Shown here in pieces: positions 35,941-48,179 of a stretch of 64,000 nt of DNA. Position 1 is the first letter of the stretch. Each line of letters starts with the position of its first letter. Source of the DNA: Chthonomonas sp. (GTDB lineage Bacteria; Armatimonadota; Fimbriimonadia; Fimbriimonadales; Fimbriimonadaceae); NCBI GenBank assembly GCA_043754215.1, contig JAYUVF010000002.1, positions 42,317-106,316 of the forward strand, written 5' to 3'. The notes beneath the pieces are model-generated. The model was not told the DNA's origin. It saw only the letters and a program-made list of their open reading frames with translations, and did not search any database. Made by a program: the position numbers and the translations under genes.

Positions 35941-35997
35941 AAAAGCCAAGAGGAACGAGGCCATAGTCCACTAACCGAAGCCGCCGCTCCTCTTGGC
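35941..35997 (-). terminator. Probable terminator of the methyltransferase gene
   Basis: On the minus strand, GCCAAGAGGA-(33 nt)-TCCTCTTGGC is followed by TTTT, 10 nt after the TAA at 36007-36009. Confidence 0.5.
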
Positions 35998-36006
35998 TTA
36001 CTCAGT

Positions 36007-37782
36007 TTATGCGTCGAAAAGCTCGTCTTGCTTGATCGTAACCTTTGCTTTCGCCGCCTTCTTGAAACTATCGAGGCTCCAGCGGGGGATGTCGGGGACT
36101 TTACCGGCGAGGACTTCGGCGGCGGTGAGGATCTGGATGCAGGGGTAGCTGCGGTCGGGGTGGAGTTTGGAGTTCCATCGGCCCGCGTCGGCGGCTTCCT
36201 TTTTCATTGGGCCGGTGGGCTCTTCGTTCGTGACCAAGACGCCGATCACCGCGTTCTCTCGTGTCATTGTGCCTTGCAGGTCGCGGATCATTGGCGAGTT
36301 CAGCTTGCCGCCCTTCACGCTGATGACGGCGCGCTCGTAGTCGCCCGCCTTGTCGCCAAAGGTGATGATGCCGTCAATGCCGCGGTCGGCTCCTTTCTTG
36401 AACTCCTTGCCCTGCGCGCCCATCATGCCGATGGCCCACCACTCGAATTGGTAGGGGTCGTTCTGGAATAGGAACCGCGCGTCGTCGGCGGTCTCGGGGA
36501 CGCCGAGGACTTCGAACGGTTTGAGGCCCGGTTGCAGGCCGATCATCAATTCGTCTTCGCCCTTCGCCCAATAGGTCTTCATCGCGTGCCGTCGCTTCTG
36601 CACGGGAATGTCAGCGAGTCGGGCGATAGAGGCGTCTGGCGTGTGGATGTCGATAAGCCGCCGCTCCATCAGGTCCACCGCGACGTAGGTGACGTCAATA
36701 CCGATCCATCGGCGGTTGAGTTTGTCGGCGACTGCGATGGTGGTGCCGCATCCGCAGAAGGGGTCGAGAACAAGGTCGCCTTCGTTGCTGCTGGCTTGCA
36801 GGATGCGTTCGATTAGTGCTTCGGGCTTTTGAGTTGGATATCCCAAGCGCTCTTGGGCCTGAGAGTTGATGGGGGGAATGTCATCCCATAAGTTTTGAAT
36901 CCGCTCACCCTTCGATTCGTCCAGGAAGCGTATCAAGCGAAGCCGCCCGTCTGGCGAAGTCGGATAGTAGAGTAGGTCGCGGTTGTCGTATTCCTGCATC
37001 TTCTCTTTGCTTACTGCCCACCCGTTTGGGTGCGGCTGGTAGGTTATGCCGTTTTTAGCGGTGAAGGGGTAGTGCAGATTTGGACGTACACCAGGATTTC
37101 GGAGGTCGGAGGTGGTGTAAAACCGTCCCTGAGAATCCACCATATTGAACTTTGTCCGAATGTGCTTCTCGTTATAAGGAACGTAAACTTGATTCCACAC
37201 GAATTGCTTTGACTTCGTATAGTAAAAGATGTTATCTGTCGCATCGCCGTAGCCCCGAGATACGTTGCCGTGAGAGCTGGTGCGTTGCCAAATGATTTCA
37301 GTTTGAAAGTTTGCGAATCCAAACACTGCATCGAGAATTAGCTTGATGTAATGACTCGCAGTTGGGTCGCAGTGCAGATAGAGCGAACCTGTCGGCTTCA
37401 GAACGCGGTGAAGCTCCACCAGTCGCAGGGCCATCATTGTGATGTAGGCCATCATGCTGTTCCCCTTCTTGCCCGTGTCGCCGGTGAGGAACACCTTGAG
37501 AGACGCCATGAGATTCTTGAGATTAGTGGGAATCTCGATGCGGGTCATCAGCTCGTGGTACGCCTCTGCGGCGGCTTCGTCCCACTCCCAAGTGTCCTTG
37601 AACGCGTGAGCTTGTGCGGCGTTGTCCTCGCCACTTTGGTTTTTGTAGAGGACGTTGTAGTCGGCCTTGGAATTGAACGGCGGATCGAGATAGATCAGGT
37701 CCACCGACTCGTCCTCGATCTCCTCGCGCAATACGCGGAGGTTGTCACCGAAGAAGAGCTTGTTACGCCAGTCCTGAGCCAT
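36007..37782 (-). CDS. Beta-class N6-adenine/N4-cytosine DNA methyltransferase fused to a C-terminal Mrr-like (PD-(D/E)XK) domain
   Basis: Motif IV DLIYLDPPFNS lies N-terminal and motif I LVLDPFCGCGTT later, which is the beta-class order. The C-terminal GADRGIDGIITFGD...AVISVKGGK resembles the Mrr_cat fold. Confidence 0.85.
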   Translation of the reverse strand: MAQDWRNKLFFGDNLRVLREEIEDESVDLIYLDPPFNSKADYNVLYKNQSGEDNAAQAHAFKDTWEWDEAAAEAYHELMTRIEIPTNLKNLMASLKVFLTGDTGKKGNSMMAYITMMALRLVELHRVLKPTGSLYLHCDPTASHYIKLILDAVFGFANFQTEIIWQRTSSHGNVSRGYGDATDNIFYYTKSKQFVWNQVYVPYNEKHIRTKFNMVDSQGRFYTTSDLRNPGVRPNLHYPFTAKNGITYQPHPNGWAVSKEKMQEYDNRDLLYYPTSPDGRLRLIRFLDESKGERIQNLWDDIPPINSQAQERLGYPTQKPEALIERILQASSNEGDLVLDPFCGCGTTIAVADKLNRRWIGIDVTYVAVDLMERRLIDIHTPDASIARLADIPVQKRRHAMKTYWAKGEDELMIGLQPGLKPFEVLGVPETADDARFLFQNDPYQFEWWAIGMMGAQGKEFKKGADRGIDGIITFGDKAGDYERAVISVKGGKLNSPMIRDLQGTMTRENAVIGVLVTNEEPTGPMKKEAADAGRWNSKLHPDRSYPCIQILTAAEVLAGKVPDIPRWSLDSFKKAAKAKVTIKQDELFDA

Positions 37783-37948
37783 GCGACATTTTAGTTGAGC
37801 GTGTGATGCTTTTGCACGTGCGACATCCGGGGTCGGGAATGGTGGCAGGGGTGAATAACTTCGTCTCCCGAAAGGTGCGGCATACGCAACGTGTTCTGAA
37901 ATCGAACTACCGCCGAGCGGCCTGCCTCCGAGGCGTCACAATAGGGGT

Positions 37949-40114
37949 ATGCCTAACCGACTCGCCGCAAGCTCTTCGCCCTACCTGAAGCAGCATCAAG
38001 ACAACCCGATTGACTGGTTTGAGTGGAGCGACGAGGCGTTTGAGAAGGCGAAGGCGGAGGATAAGCCGATCTTTTTGAGCATCGGCTACAGCTCTTGCCA
38101 CTGGTGCCACGTGATGGCGCATGAGAGCTTCGAGGATCCGATCGTCGCCGACTTTCTGAACAAGTATTTTGTGAGCATCAAGGTGGACCGCGAGGAGCGG
38201 CCCGATGTGGACGAGGTTTACATGACGGCGGTGCAGATGATCAGCGGGCGCGGCGGGTGGCCGATCACCGTTTTCATGACGCCGGACAAGAAGCCGTTCT
38301 TCGCGGGGACGTATTTTCCCAAGCAGGATCGGGGCAAGACGCCGGGCTTCGTTTCGCTGGCGGCGAATATCGTGCAGTTGTGGGTGAAGTCGCGGCCGGA
38401 CGTGATGAAGAGCGCGAACCAGATCGCGGCGGCGCTGGAGAAGACGCTCGGGCGGGCGATGGGTTCGCTGACGAGCACGATTCAGCCTGAGCTCTTCTTG
38501 GAGTGTTTTAATGCGCTGAAGGCGGACTTTGATGGTGAGAATGGCGGCTTCGGGCCGGCTCCGAAGTTCCCGGGGCACACGTCGTTGGCGTTCCTGCTGG
38601 ACTTCGCGATGATCCAACCGGAGGCCGCCCCCGAGGCGCTTTCGATGATCATGCAGTCGCTGGAGCGGATGGCTTTGGGCGGGATTTACGACCAAATCGG
38701 CGGCGGTTTCCACCGCTACAGCACCGACGCGGAGTGGCTGCTGCCGCACTTCGAGAAGATGCTGTGCGACAACGCGCTGCTGCTGGGGATGTACGCGCGG
38801 GTGGGGCGGATCGCGAACGAACTTGGCGCGCCGAGCGCGGAACTTTACGACCAAATCACGATCGGCGTGATCGAGTGGCTGAAGCGCGAAATGATGACGA
38901 GCGACGGCTTCTTCTGCTCGGCGCAGGACGCGGACAGCGAAGGGGAGGAGGGGCTGCACTATCTCTGGTTTGCCGACGAAATTCGGCTGGTTTTGGGCGA
39001 ACGGGCGGACGCATTTATGGCGGCCTACGGGTTCGAGGAGGAAGGCAATTACCTCGACGAGGCCACGCAGCAGAAGACCGGCCGCAACATCCCGCACTTG
39101 AAGGAGAACCGGCGCGGCGAATTCCGGCAGGAGATTCAGATGCTGTTGGAGGCGCGCTCGCTGCGCGAGAAGCCGATGCTGGACTACAAGGCGCTGGCCG
39201 CTTGGAACGCGATGACGATTCGAAGCCTGGTCGAAGCCGAGGAGATTTTGCTGGCAGAGCGGTGCCTGCGCGGCTGGATGAAGGCGACGGCGGAGTTTGG
39301 GCGGTTGCCGCATCAGGTGACACTTGGCAAGCCGAGCGGCGACGCGTTCCTTGATGATTACGCCCACATGGCGCTGGCGGCGGCGGATGTTCATGCTGCG
39401 AACGGGAATCCGGAGTATCTGGCGTTCGGCGAAAGCCTGGTGGCGCAGATGATCGCGGGCTTTTATGACGAGGAGAAGTCTGGTTTCTTCTTCACGCATC
39501 GGGAGTCGGAGACGCTGTTTGGTCGCTCGAAGCCGGCGCTCGACCAAAACATGCCGAGCCCGAACAGTGTGGCGATCGAGGCTTGTTTGGCGTTTGGGCA
39601 AATGGAGATCGCCGAGAAGTCGCTGATGGCGGTGATCGGTTGGGCGCAGAAGATGCCGAATGCGGCGGAATCCATGATCCGCACGGCAATGTTCTACATG
39701 CTGACCAAACTCGCCGAAGAGCGCGGTAGTTCGGAGGAGCCGATTTCGCTGATCGAAACTCCTAAGGCCGCGCCAATCGTGGGGAAGGTCACGGCGAAGC
39801 TCGCTTCGCGGGAGATTGTTGGGGGCAAGGGCGCGGTGCTAATTTCGGTGCCAGAGGGCTTGCACTTGAACACGAACACGCCGCCCGCGCGGTGGCTAGT
39901 GCCGACGGAACTGGTTTTCGAGGGGGCGCGGGCTACTGTGGTTTATCCCGCGGGCGAGAACGAGCAGTACGCAGGGGATTTTGAGATTCCGTTCGAAGTG
40001 TCGGTCAGCGAACCGACCGAGTTTGAGGTTCGAGTCAAGTTCCAGGCTTGCACCAACACCGAGTGTCTAGCCGCCGACGATATATTGCTCGATGGCGTGT
40101 TACTGCCTGGCTAG
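37949..40114 (+). CDS. Thioredoxin-domain protein of the YyaL/DUF255 (SSP411-like) family
   Basis: [48 protein letters not shown]-terminus followed by an alpha/alpha-barrel-like body, 721 aa. Confidence 0.85.
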   Translation: MPNRLAASSSPYLKQHQDNPIDWFEWSDEAFEKAKAEDKPIFLSIGYSSCHWCHVMAHESFEDPIVADFLNKYFVSIKVDREERPDVDEVYMTAVQMISGRGGWPITVFMTPDKKPFFAGTYFPKQDRGKTPGFVSLAANIVQLWVKSRPDVMKSANQIAAALEKTLGRAMGSLTSTIQPELFLECFNALKADFDGENGGFGPAPKFPGHTSLAFLLDFAMIQPEAAPEALSMIMQSLERMALGGIYDQIGGGFHRYSTDAEWLLPHFEKMLCDNALLLGMYARVGRIANELGAPSAELYDQITIGVIEWLKREMMTSDGFFCSAQDADSEGEEGLHYLWFADEIRLVLGERADAFMAAYGFEEEGNYLDEATQQKTGRNIPHLKENRRGEFRQEIQMLLEARSLREKPMLDYKALAAWNAMTIRSLVEAEEILLAERCLRGWMKATAEFGRLPHQVTLGKPSGDAFLDDYAHMALAAADVHAANGNPEYLAFGESLVAQMIAGFYDEEKSGFFFTHRESETLFGRSKPALDQNMPSPNSVAIEACLAFGQMEIAEKSLMAVIGWAQKMPNAAESMIRTAMFYMLTKLAEERGSSEEPISLIETPKAAPIVGKVTAKLASREIVGGKGAVLISVPEGLHLNTNTPPARWLVPTELVFEGARATVVYPAGENEQYAGDFEIPFEVSVSEPTEFEVRVKFQACTNTECLAADDILLDGVLLPG

Positions 40115-40124
40115 TACAAAAAAT

Positions 40125-40145
40125 TGGCCCGCACAAGGCGGGCCA
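40125..40145. terminator. Bidirectional terminator between convergent genes
   Basis: TGGCCCGC-acaag-GCGGGCCA, with AAAAAA upstream and GTTT downstream. Confidence 0.55.
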
Positions 40146-40165
40146 GTTTGAGTTCAGTAGACGAA

Positions 40166-41530
40166 TTATTCGTCGGTGCCGCCGAAGTTGGCGATCACGA
40201 TATCGATGTCAGCGGCGTCCACTTCGGTGGAGCCATCCACGTCCGTGTCTTCATCGCCTGGGCCGGGGAAGATTGAGCCGAATGCGGCGATGACGGCGTC
40301 GATGTCAGCCGCGTCTACTTCACCCGAACCATCTACATCTCCGTTTTGGAGAACGAGGTTGACCCCGGTTTGAGAGACTCCGGCGATGGTGAGGGAAGCG
40401 GATTGCTTTTTGAGCCATCGGGTGCCGCGGGCTTTTACGCGGAGGTTGGTGCCGCGGGCGTAGGTTGTAAAGCTGTAGGGGACTGGTGTGCCTCCACTTG
40501 GAACCACGACGATGGCTTGGGTATCAAGCACTGCGTTGGTGTTGTCCACGACCTCCATCACGACCGGGCGGTTAGTGCCGGTGCCAACGTAATCGTTGAA
40601 GGTCAGCGTTCCAGAGACGACGGCCGGAACTTCAGTTGCCATCCCGATGCCGCTCAGATTCCAGTTCGCGGCAAAGAGACCCTTGTATTCGCCCGTTTCT
40701 GGGACGAAGCGGGCGATGTACTCGGTAGGAGAGCTGAATCCGCGGACCAGCATCCAGCCGTTGGGCATGGTGGCGATGGAGCGCACGAACGGAACGAAAC
40801 CACCCGTCGCAAGTGCGCCTTGGTAACTAGAATCGCTCGCGCGGAATTTGAGGACCGATCCAATTGACGAGCCGATACCGGGCATCAGCGTGTCGTTTCC
40901 GCCAACTGAGCTTATGGCGAGACCTCGGCCAGAGCTGAAAAATCCGGAACCGATGACGCCCAGGTATTCCCCGGTTTGGCCATTAAATTTTTGCACCGCG
41001 GTGCCGCTGGCACCGATGGCGTAGATGATGTTGCCCGGAGCGGTGGCGAGTGCGGCTCCAAAAACGGATGAACCTAGGAAGCCGTTCGCGATGATGCCGC
41101 CGTATGCGCCCGTCGTCGGGTTGAACTTCAAGATCGCAGAGCCAGCCCCTTTGAGGTCGGAGACGTACATGACGCCGTCCGTTCCGAACGCGATGTCATC
41201 CGGGTTTTCAAGGAAGCCATTGCCCACTTGCCCCAGGTATTCGCCCGTGTACGGGTTGAATTTTAGGACGCTACCGACGGTAGACGTGCCGGAGAAACGG
41301 CAGGCAACGTAGACAATGCCGTCTGCAGGATTCTGTTCCAAGCCGCGCACGCCTTGGACGAAGCCGGAGCCGAATACTCCTTTGTACTCGCCCGTTTGTG
41401 CGACGAACTTGTAGATTGAGTTGCTGTTCGAGTTGGCCACGAACACCAACGACTCCTCTGCCCTAACCAGGGTCGAGGCCGCAAAAATCAGCCCCAGCGC
41501 AACCCCACGCCCCAAACCAACGCACTTCAT
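40166..41530 (-). CDS. Secreted beta-propeller (NHL-like repeats) protein with C-terminal twin dockerin cassette
   Basis: About six repeats of the form IYKFvaqTGEYkGvFgsGF. It ends NGDVDGSGEVDAADIDAVIAAFG...DVDGSTEVDAADIDIVIANFGGTDE. The start is set at the Met before the signal peptide KCVGLGRGVALGLIFAAS. Confidence 0.8.
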   Translation of the reverse strand: MKCVGLGRGVALGLIFAASTLVRAEESLVFVANSNSNSIYKFVAQTGEYKGVFGSGFVQGVRGLEQNPADGIVYVACRFSGTSTVGSVLKFNPYTGEYLGQVGNGFLENPDDIAFGTDGVMYVSDLKGAGSAILKFNPTTGAYGGIIANGFLGSSVFGAALATAPGNIIYAIGASGTAVQKFNGQTGEYLGVIGSGFFSSGRGLAISSVGGNDTLMPGIGSSIGSVLKFRASDSSYQGALATGGFVPFVRSIATMPNGWMLVRGFSSPTEYIARFVPETGEYKGLFAANWNLSGIGMATEVPAVVSGTLTFNDYVGTGTNRPVVMEVVDNTNAVLDTQAIVVVPSGGTPVPYSFTTYARGTNLRVKARGTRWLKKQSASLTIAGVSQTGVNLVLQNGDVDGSGEVDAADIDAVIAAFGSIFPGPGDEDTDVDGSTEVDAADIDIVIANFGGTDE

Positions 41531-41659
41531 ACCTATTACTATAACCGCCTTTTTGTTTTGCGGGACAGAAGTTTTGACTTTTTTTTGTTTTCTGAATGAC
41601 CCACGGAAGTCAACCCGCTTCAAACACTACTCGTAGTGGCGGGTAGGCTCAAGAAGTTC

Positions 41660-45153
<3,494 letters not shown>

Positions 45154-45218
45154 ATCAGTTTGTTCTGCCGTATCGGGCGGATGAAGTCGACTTCGCGCGG
45201 CTGGTTTCGAGCGGACAG

Positions 45219-46028
45219 GTGTTTCGCTGGCAGGAGGTCGCGCCGGGGAATTGGCGCGGGGTGGATGGGGGCGTAGCGTCGGTGGTTTCGGTTCATGCGG
45301 ATCGCATTGAGGTGAGCTCTACCGGGACAGAGGAGGAGTTTCGAAGGTTTCTGAGGCTCGACGAGCCTCTCGACTTGGCTGCACACCTTTCGACCCTAGA
45401 CCCATCCTTTATTTCGGGCCTGACGGGGTTTCGGCTGTTGCGGCCCTATAACTCAGTAGAGGCGCTTTTTTGCTTTCTCTGTACGGCGAACAACCACCTG
45501 ATCCGCATCACATCGATGGTGCGGTGGTTGGAGAACCAGGGGGATCCGATGCCCGCGATTGGAGATTGGCAACCTCGTCATTTTCCACGACTTGAACGGA
45601 TCGCGGGTTTGTCCGAGGCAGAACTTCGTGGGGCGGGGTTTGGGTACCGGGCAGCCACGATTCCTGGGGCAGCGCAGACGATCTTGGCGCGGGGTGGTTT
45701 GGATTGGCTAGAAGAGCTGGCGGCAATGCCCCACTTGGAGACCCGGGCTAAGCTCATGGAGATCAAAGGGATTGGGCCGAAACTGGCCGACTGCATCGCG
45801 CTATATGCCTTGCATCAGACTGACGCGGTGCCGGTGGACACCCACCTTTGGCAGGGAGCCTGCCGGCTGTACTTCCCGGAATGGGCCGAGCAATCGCTGA
45901 CGGCCACCCGCTATGCGGCGATTGGAGAAGAGTTTCGGCGGCGATTCGGCATTTGGGCCGGGCACGCGCATTTGTTCGTGTACTACGGGAACATGTTGCG
46001 CGGTCGCGCTCGGCAGGAAGTAAAGTAG
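45219..46028 (+). CDS. 8-oxoguanine DNA glycosylase/AP lyase (OGG1-type HhH-GPD)
   Basis: FRWQ N-terminal motif. EIKGIGPKLADCIALYAL...AVPVDTHLWQ carries the catalytic Lys and Asp positions. The N-terminal boundary is uncertain. Confidence 0.75.
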   Translation: MFRWQEVAPGNWRGVDGGVASVVSVHADRIEVSSTGTEEEFRRFLRLDEPLDLAAHLSTLDPSFISGLTGFRLLRPYNSVEALFCFLCTANNHLIRITSMVRWLENQGDPMPAIGDWQPRHFPRLERIAGLSEAELRGAGFGYRAATIPGAAQTILARGGLDWLEELAAMPHLETRAKLMEIKGIGPKLADCIALYALHQTDAVPVDTHLWQGACRLYFPEWAEQSLTATRYAAIGEEFRRRFGIWAGHAHLFVYYGNMLRGRARQEVK

Positions 46029-46032
46029 ACCC

Positions 46033-46890
46033 ATGAAGCGTCTGCTATTCCCGGCCCTGTTGGGCCTCGTGGTTATTTCCCCTGCCTTGCAATCCGGTCG
46101 GAATTATGAACTCCCAGCTCTGTGGGCTCAGGTTCAAGATCGGAAATTAAACGAGAGTTCCGGCGTCGCGCCGAGCCAGGAATATCCTGGCGAATACTTG
46201 ACCCATAACGACAGCGGCGATACGGCGCGATTTTTCCGAGTGAACAACCAGGGCGCAATAACGGGAGAGTTTAAGCTGAAGGGCGTCCAGGCTCGGGATT
46301 GGGAAGAGATGGGTTCGGCGACCATCGGTGGCAAGAACATGGTGTACATCGGCGACATCGGCGATAACCCAAGCAAGAACGAGTCGGTGAAGATCTACCG
46401 CTTCGAGGAGCCGAGGGGAAGTAGCGGCGAGATTTCGACTTTTGACACCTTCACGGTGACGTATCCGGGCGGCTCTAGAAATGCGGAGGCGATGATGATC
46501 GATCCTAAAACCGGGGATATTTGGGTCGTTCAGAAGTCGAGCGGGCCGGGCGGGATATACCGGTTACGCAGTCCCAAGCGAACTGGGAAGTACAAGTTTG
46601 AATACATGGGCAAGATCGAATTCCCGGATGGACTCGCGCCGATGCGAGTGATCACTGGGGGCGCGGTCGCGCCATCGGGGTCGCACGTGGTGCTGCGCAC
46701 GTATGCATTCGCCTATGAGTTTCCCATTCCGGGGCGAGAGATGAAGAGCTGGCTGACGACGAAGGCAACTCGCATTCAAACTCCCCTCGAAATGCAAGGG
46801 GAAGCGATTTGCTACTCTGCGGACGGGCGCAACATCATCACGACGAGCGAAGGCACCCCATGCCGCATCTCAAGTATTCGGATCAAGTAA
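46033..46890 (+). CDS. Hypothetical secreted protein (propeller-like)
   Basis: Signal peptide with THNDSGD and IGDIGDN motifs, 4 nt downstream of the ogg gene. Confidence 0.55.
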   Translation: MKRLLFPALLGLVVISPALQSGRNYELPALWAQVQDRKLNESSGVAPSQEYPGEYLTHNDSGDTARFFRVNNQGAITGEFKLKGVQARDWEEMGSATIGGKNMVYIGDIGDNPSKNESVKIYRFEEPRGSSGEISTFDTFTVTYPGGSRNAEAMMIDPKTGDIWVVQKSSGPGGIYRLRSPKRTGKYKFEYMGKIEFPDGLAPMRVITGGAVAPSGSHVVLRTYAFAYEFPIPGREMKSWLTTKATRIQTPLEMQGEAICYSADGRNIITTSEGTPCRISSIRIK

Positions 46891-46971
46891 TGCTTACGCG
46901 CGGGCAATAGCCCCAGCATCGTCCGAGCCTAGGCGGGGAAAACGTACGAGTGAGCAGAGGCACCTCTGCTC

Positions 46972-47205
46972 ATGAAAATTGAATCCAGTAATCCCAACCA
47001 AGAAAATGAAGTCGTTATCGGCTCTGAACCGCAACTCAAAGACCGAGACAGTTCAACGTCGGTGAAGTCTGTTTTCGTGATTTTGCTTGTGATCGCGGTG
47101 CTCGTAGTAGTCGTAGCGATCTTTAGCTTTATGGCTGCTAACGGGCCAAAGCCGGCCACCACGACGACGACGACTTCGACCACGTACACCCCGGCTACCC
47201 CATAG
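46972..47205 (+). CDS. Possible small single-pass membrane protein with Thr-rich tail
   Basis: 77-aa ORF with TM helix VFVILLVIAVLVVVVAIFSFMAA and tail TTTTTTSTTYTPATP. There is no homology support. Confidence 0.35.
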   Translation: MKIESSNPNQENEVVIGSEPQLKDRDSSTSVKSVFVILLVIAVLVVVVAIFSFMAANGPKPATTTTTTSTTYTPATP

Positions 47206-47226
47206 CTTGTTTGATTGTGAACTCGT

Positions 47227-47254
47227 CGCCCTCTCCGATTTAGTGGAGAGGGCG
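47227..47254. repeat. GC hairpin related to the type 2 palindromic element
   Basis: CGCCCTCTCC-gatttagt-GGAGAGGGCG, a perfect 10-bp stem, lies between convergent genes. The stem sequence matches the CCCTCTCC/GGAGAGGG core of the nrdJ inserts. Confidence 0.7.
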
Positions 47255-47285
47255 GACGGCAAGCAGCGCCAGCCGAATCAGTTCT

Positions 47286-47822
47286 TCAGGAGGCCAATTC
47301 TTGAGTCTGGAACGCCTCAAATACCGGCAGGTAGAAGGTCCACTTATCCTGCCCTTTCGCCTTCAGGTAGGCCGGAAGCGAGATGTAGGGGATGAAATGG
47401 GGGCGTCGCGGGGTGGTTTTCAGCTTCATTTTGGCTTGCTGAGGGGTTTTGTCACCCTTCTTTAGATTGCATTTGCGACAGCAGGCAACGAGGTTATCCC
47501 ACTTGTGTGGACCGCCCATCCATCGGGGAACGACGTGGTCGATGGTCAAGTCTTTCCCCTTGAGGCCGCAGTACATGCAGGTGTAGCCGTCGCGCGCGAG
47601 AATGCTGTGTCGCGACAATCGGAGTTGCGGCAACGGGCGTCGGACGTGATAGCGCATTTTTACGACGCTCGGAGCCTGCAATTCGCCTCGCGTGGTGAAG
47701 AGGGCTCGCTCGTCGTGTTCAAGCACCTCGGCCTTGCCGAGCATGACCAAGGACATCGCCCGTCGGACGTGACACACGTTCAACGGTTCGAAGTCTGAAT
47801 TAAGCAATAGGACTTCTTGCAT
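47286..47822 (-). CDS. HNH endonuclease with PLMP-like N-terminal domain (IshB-like, no RuvC)
   Basis: N-terminus VLLLNSDFEPLNVCHVRRAMSLVMLGKAEVLE. HNH core CMYCG...IDHVVPRWMGGPHKWDNLVACCRKCNLKKG. 178 aa. Confidence 0.8.
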   Translation of the reverse strand: MQEVLLLNSDFEPLNVCHVRRAMSLVMLGKAEVLEHDERALFTTRGELQAPSVVKMRYHVRRPLPQLRLSRHSILARDGYTCMYCGLKGKDLTIDHVVPRWMGGPHKWDNLVACCRKCNLKKGDKTPQQAKMKLKTTPRRPHFIPYISLPAYLKAKGQDKWTFYLPVFEAFQTQELAS

Positions 47823-47857
47823 CGTCGTTTCTCTACTTTCGCACTGATTGGCCCAGG

Positions 47858-47902
47858 CGCAAAACAGAAACGGGGTCGGCAGTGCAAGACATGCCGACCC
47901 CG
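47858..47902 (-). terminator. Intrinsic-terminator-like hairpin in the leader of the HNH gene
   Basis: On the minus strand, CGGGGTCGGCA-tgtcttgcac-TGCCGACCCCG (11-bp perfect stem) is followed by TTTCTGTTTTG. The hairpin base is 48 nt upstream of the ATG. Confidence 0.6.
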
Positions 47903-48120
47903 TAGGGAACCGAAGCCCAGGCAGACGCTATCGCAGTGTCCGCCCAGGCCATCGGTCGGCGTATCAAGAAGTCCCGGTCCATCCAGTTTTGGCGCATGGC
48001 TCTGTTCAGTTTGACGATGAAAGGCTACAAAAGGAAGCATAGAATTGCTGGGTTTTAAGGAGAGTTAACTTGCCCCTGTGGAAAACGCGGGGACGGAGGC
48101 GGCTTTCCGGTACAATTTCG
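47858..48120 (-). ncRNA. Candidate structured RNA or cis-regulatory leader upstream of the HNH gene (5' boundary unknown)
   Basis: The 357-bp gap has no credible ORF. It contains the terminator hairpin, three GCCUGGGC motifs and a 7-nt duplicate of the terminator 3' arm. The class is undetermined. Confidence 0.25.
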
Positions 48121-48179
48121 CGTCTGTTACGGGTACATCGGCGGTCTTTTCGCCGTGCACTTTTTTAAGGCTACAAACT

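Noticed and set aside
35720-35974. Heptad-repeat ORFs across the 21-bp array (84 aa on plus; 161 aa and 80 aa on minus; 71 aa on plus)
   Set aside because: Open frames are an automatic consequence of a stop-free repeat unit. There is no convincing RBS, none joins the downstream gene in frame, and synonymous-looking variation fits more than one frame. Kept only as an alternative hypothesis in the finding.
37907-39601. 564-aa Arg-rich ORF on the minus strand
   Set aside because: It lies entirely antisense to the well-supported YyaL/DUF255 gene. Its extreme R/L/Q/H composition with no motifs is typical of a shadow ORF in high-GC DNA.
47823-48179. Known housekeeping RNA (SRP/4.5S, RNase P, tmRNA, 6S) in the murA-HNH intergenic region
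   Set aside because: I looked on both strands for hallmark strings: GGUCCGGAAGGAAGCAGCC for SRP, GAGGAAAGUCCGGGC for RNase P, and a tRNA-like GGGG...UCCACCA end for tmRNA. None was found, and a 6S-like long imperfect hairpin is not apparent. This does not exclude a novel RNA.
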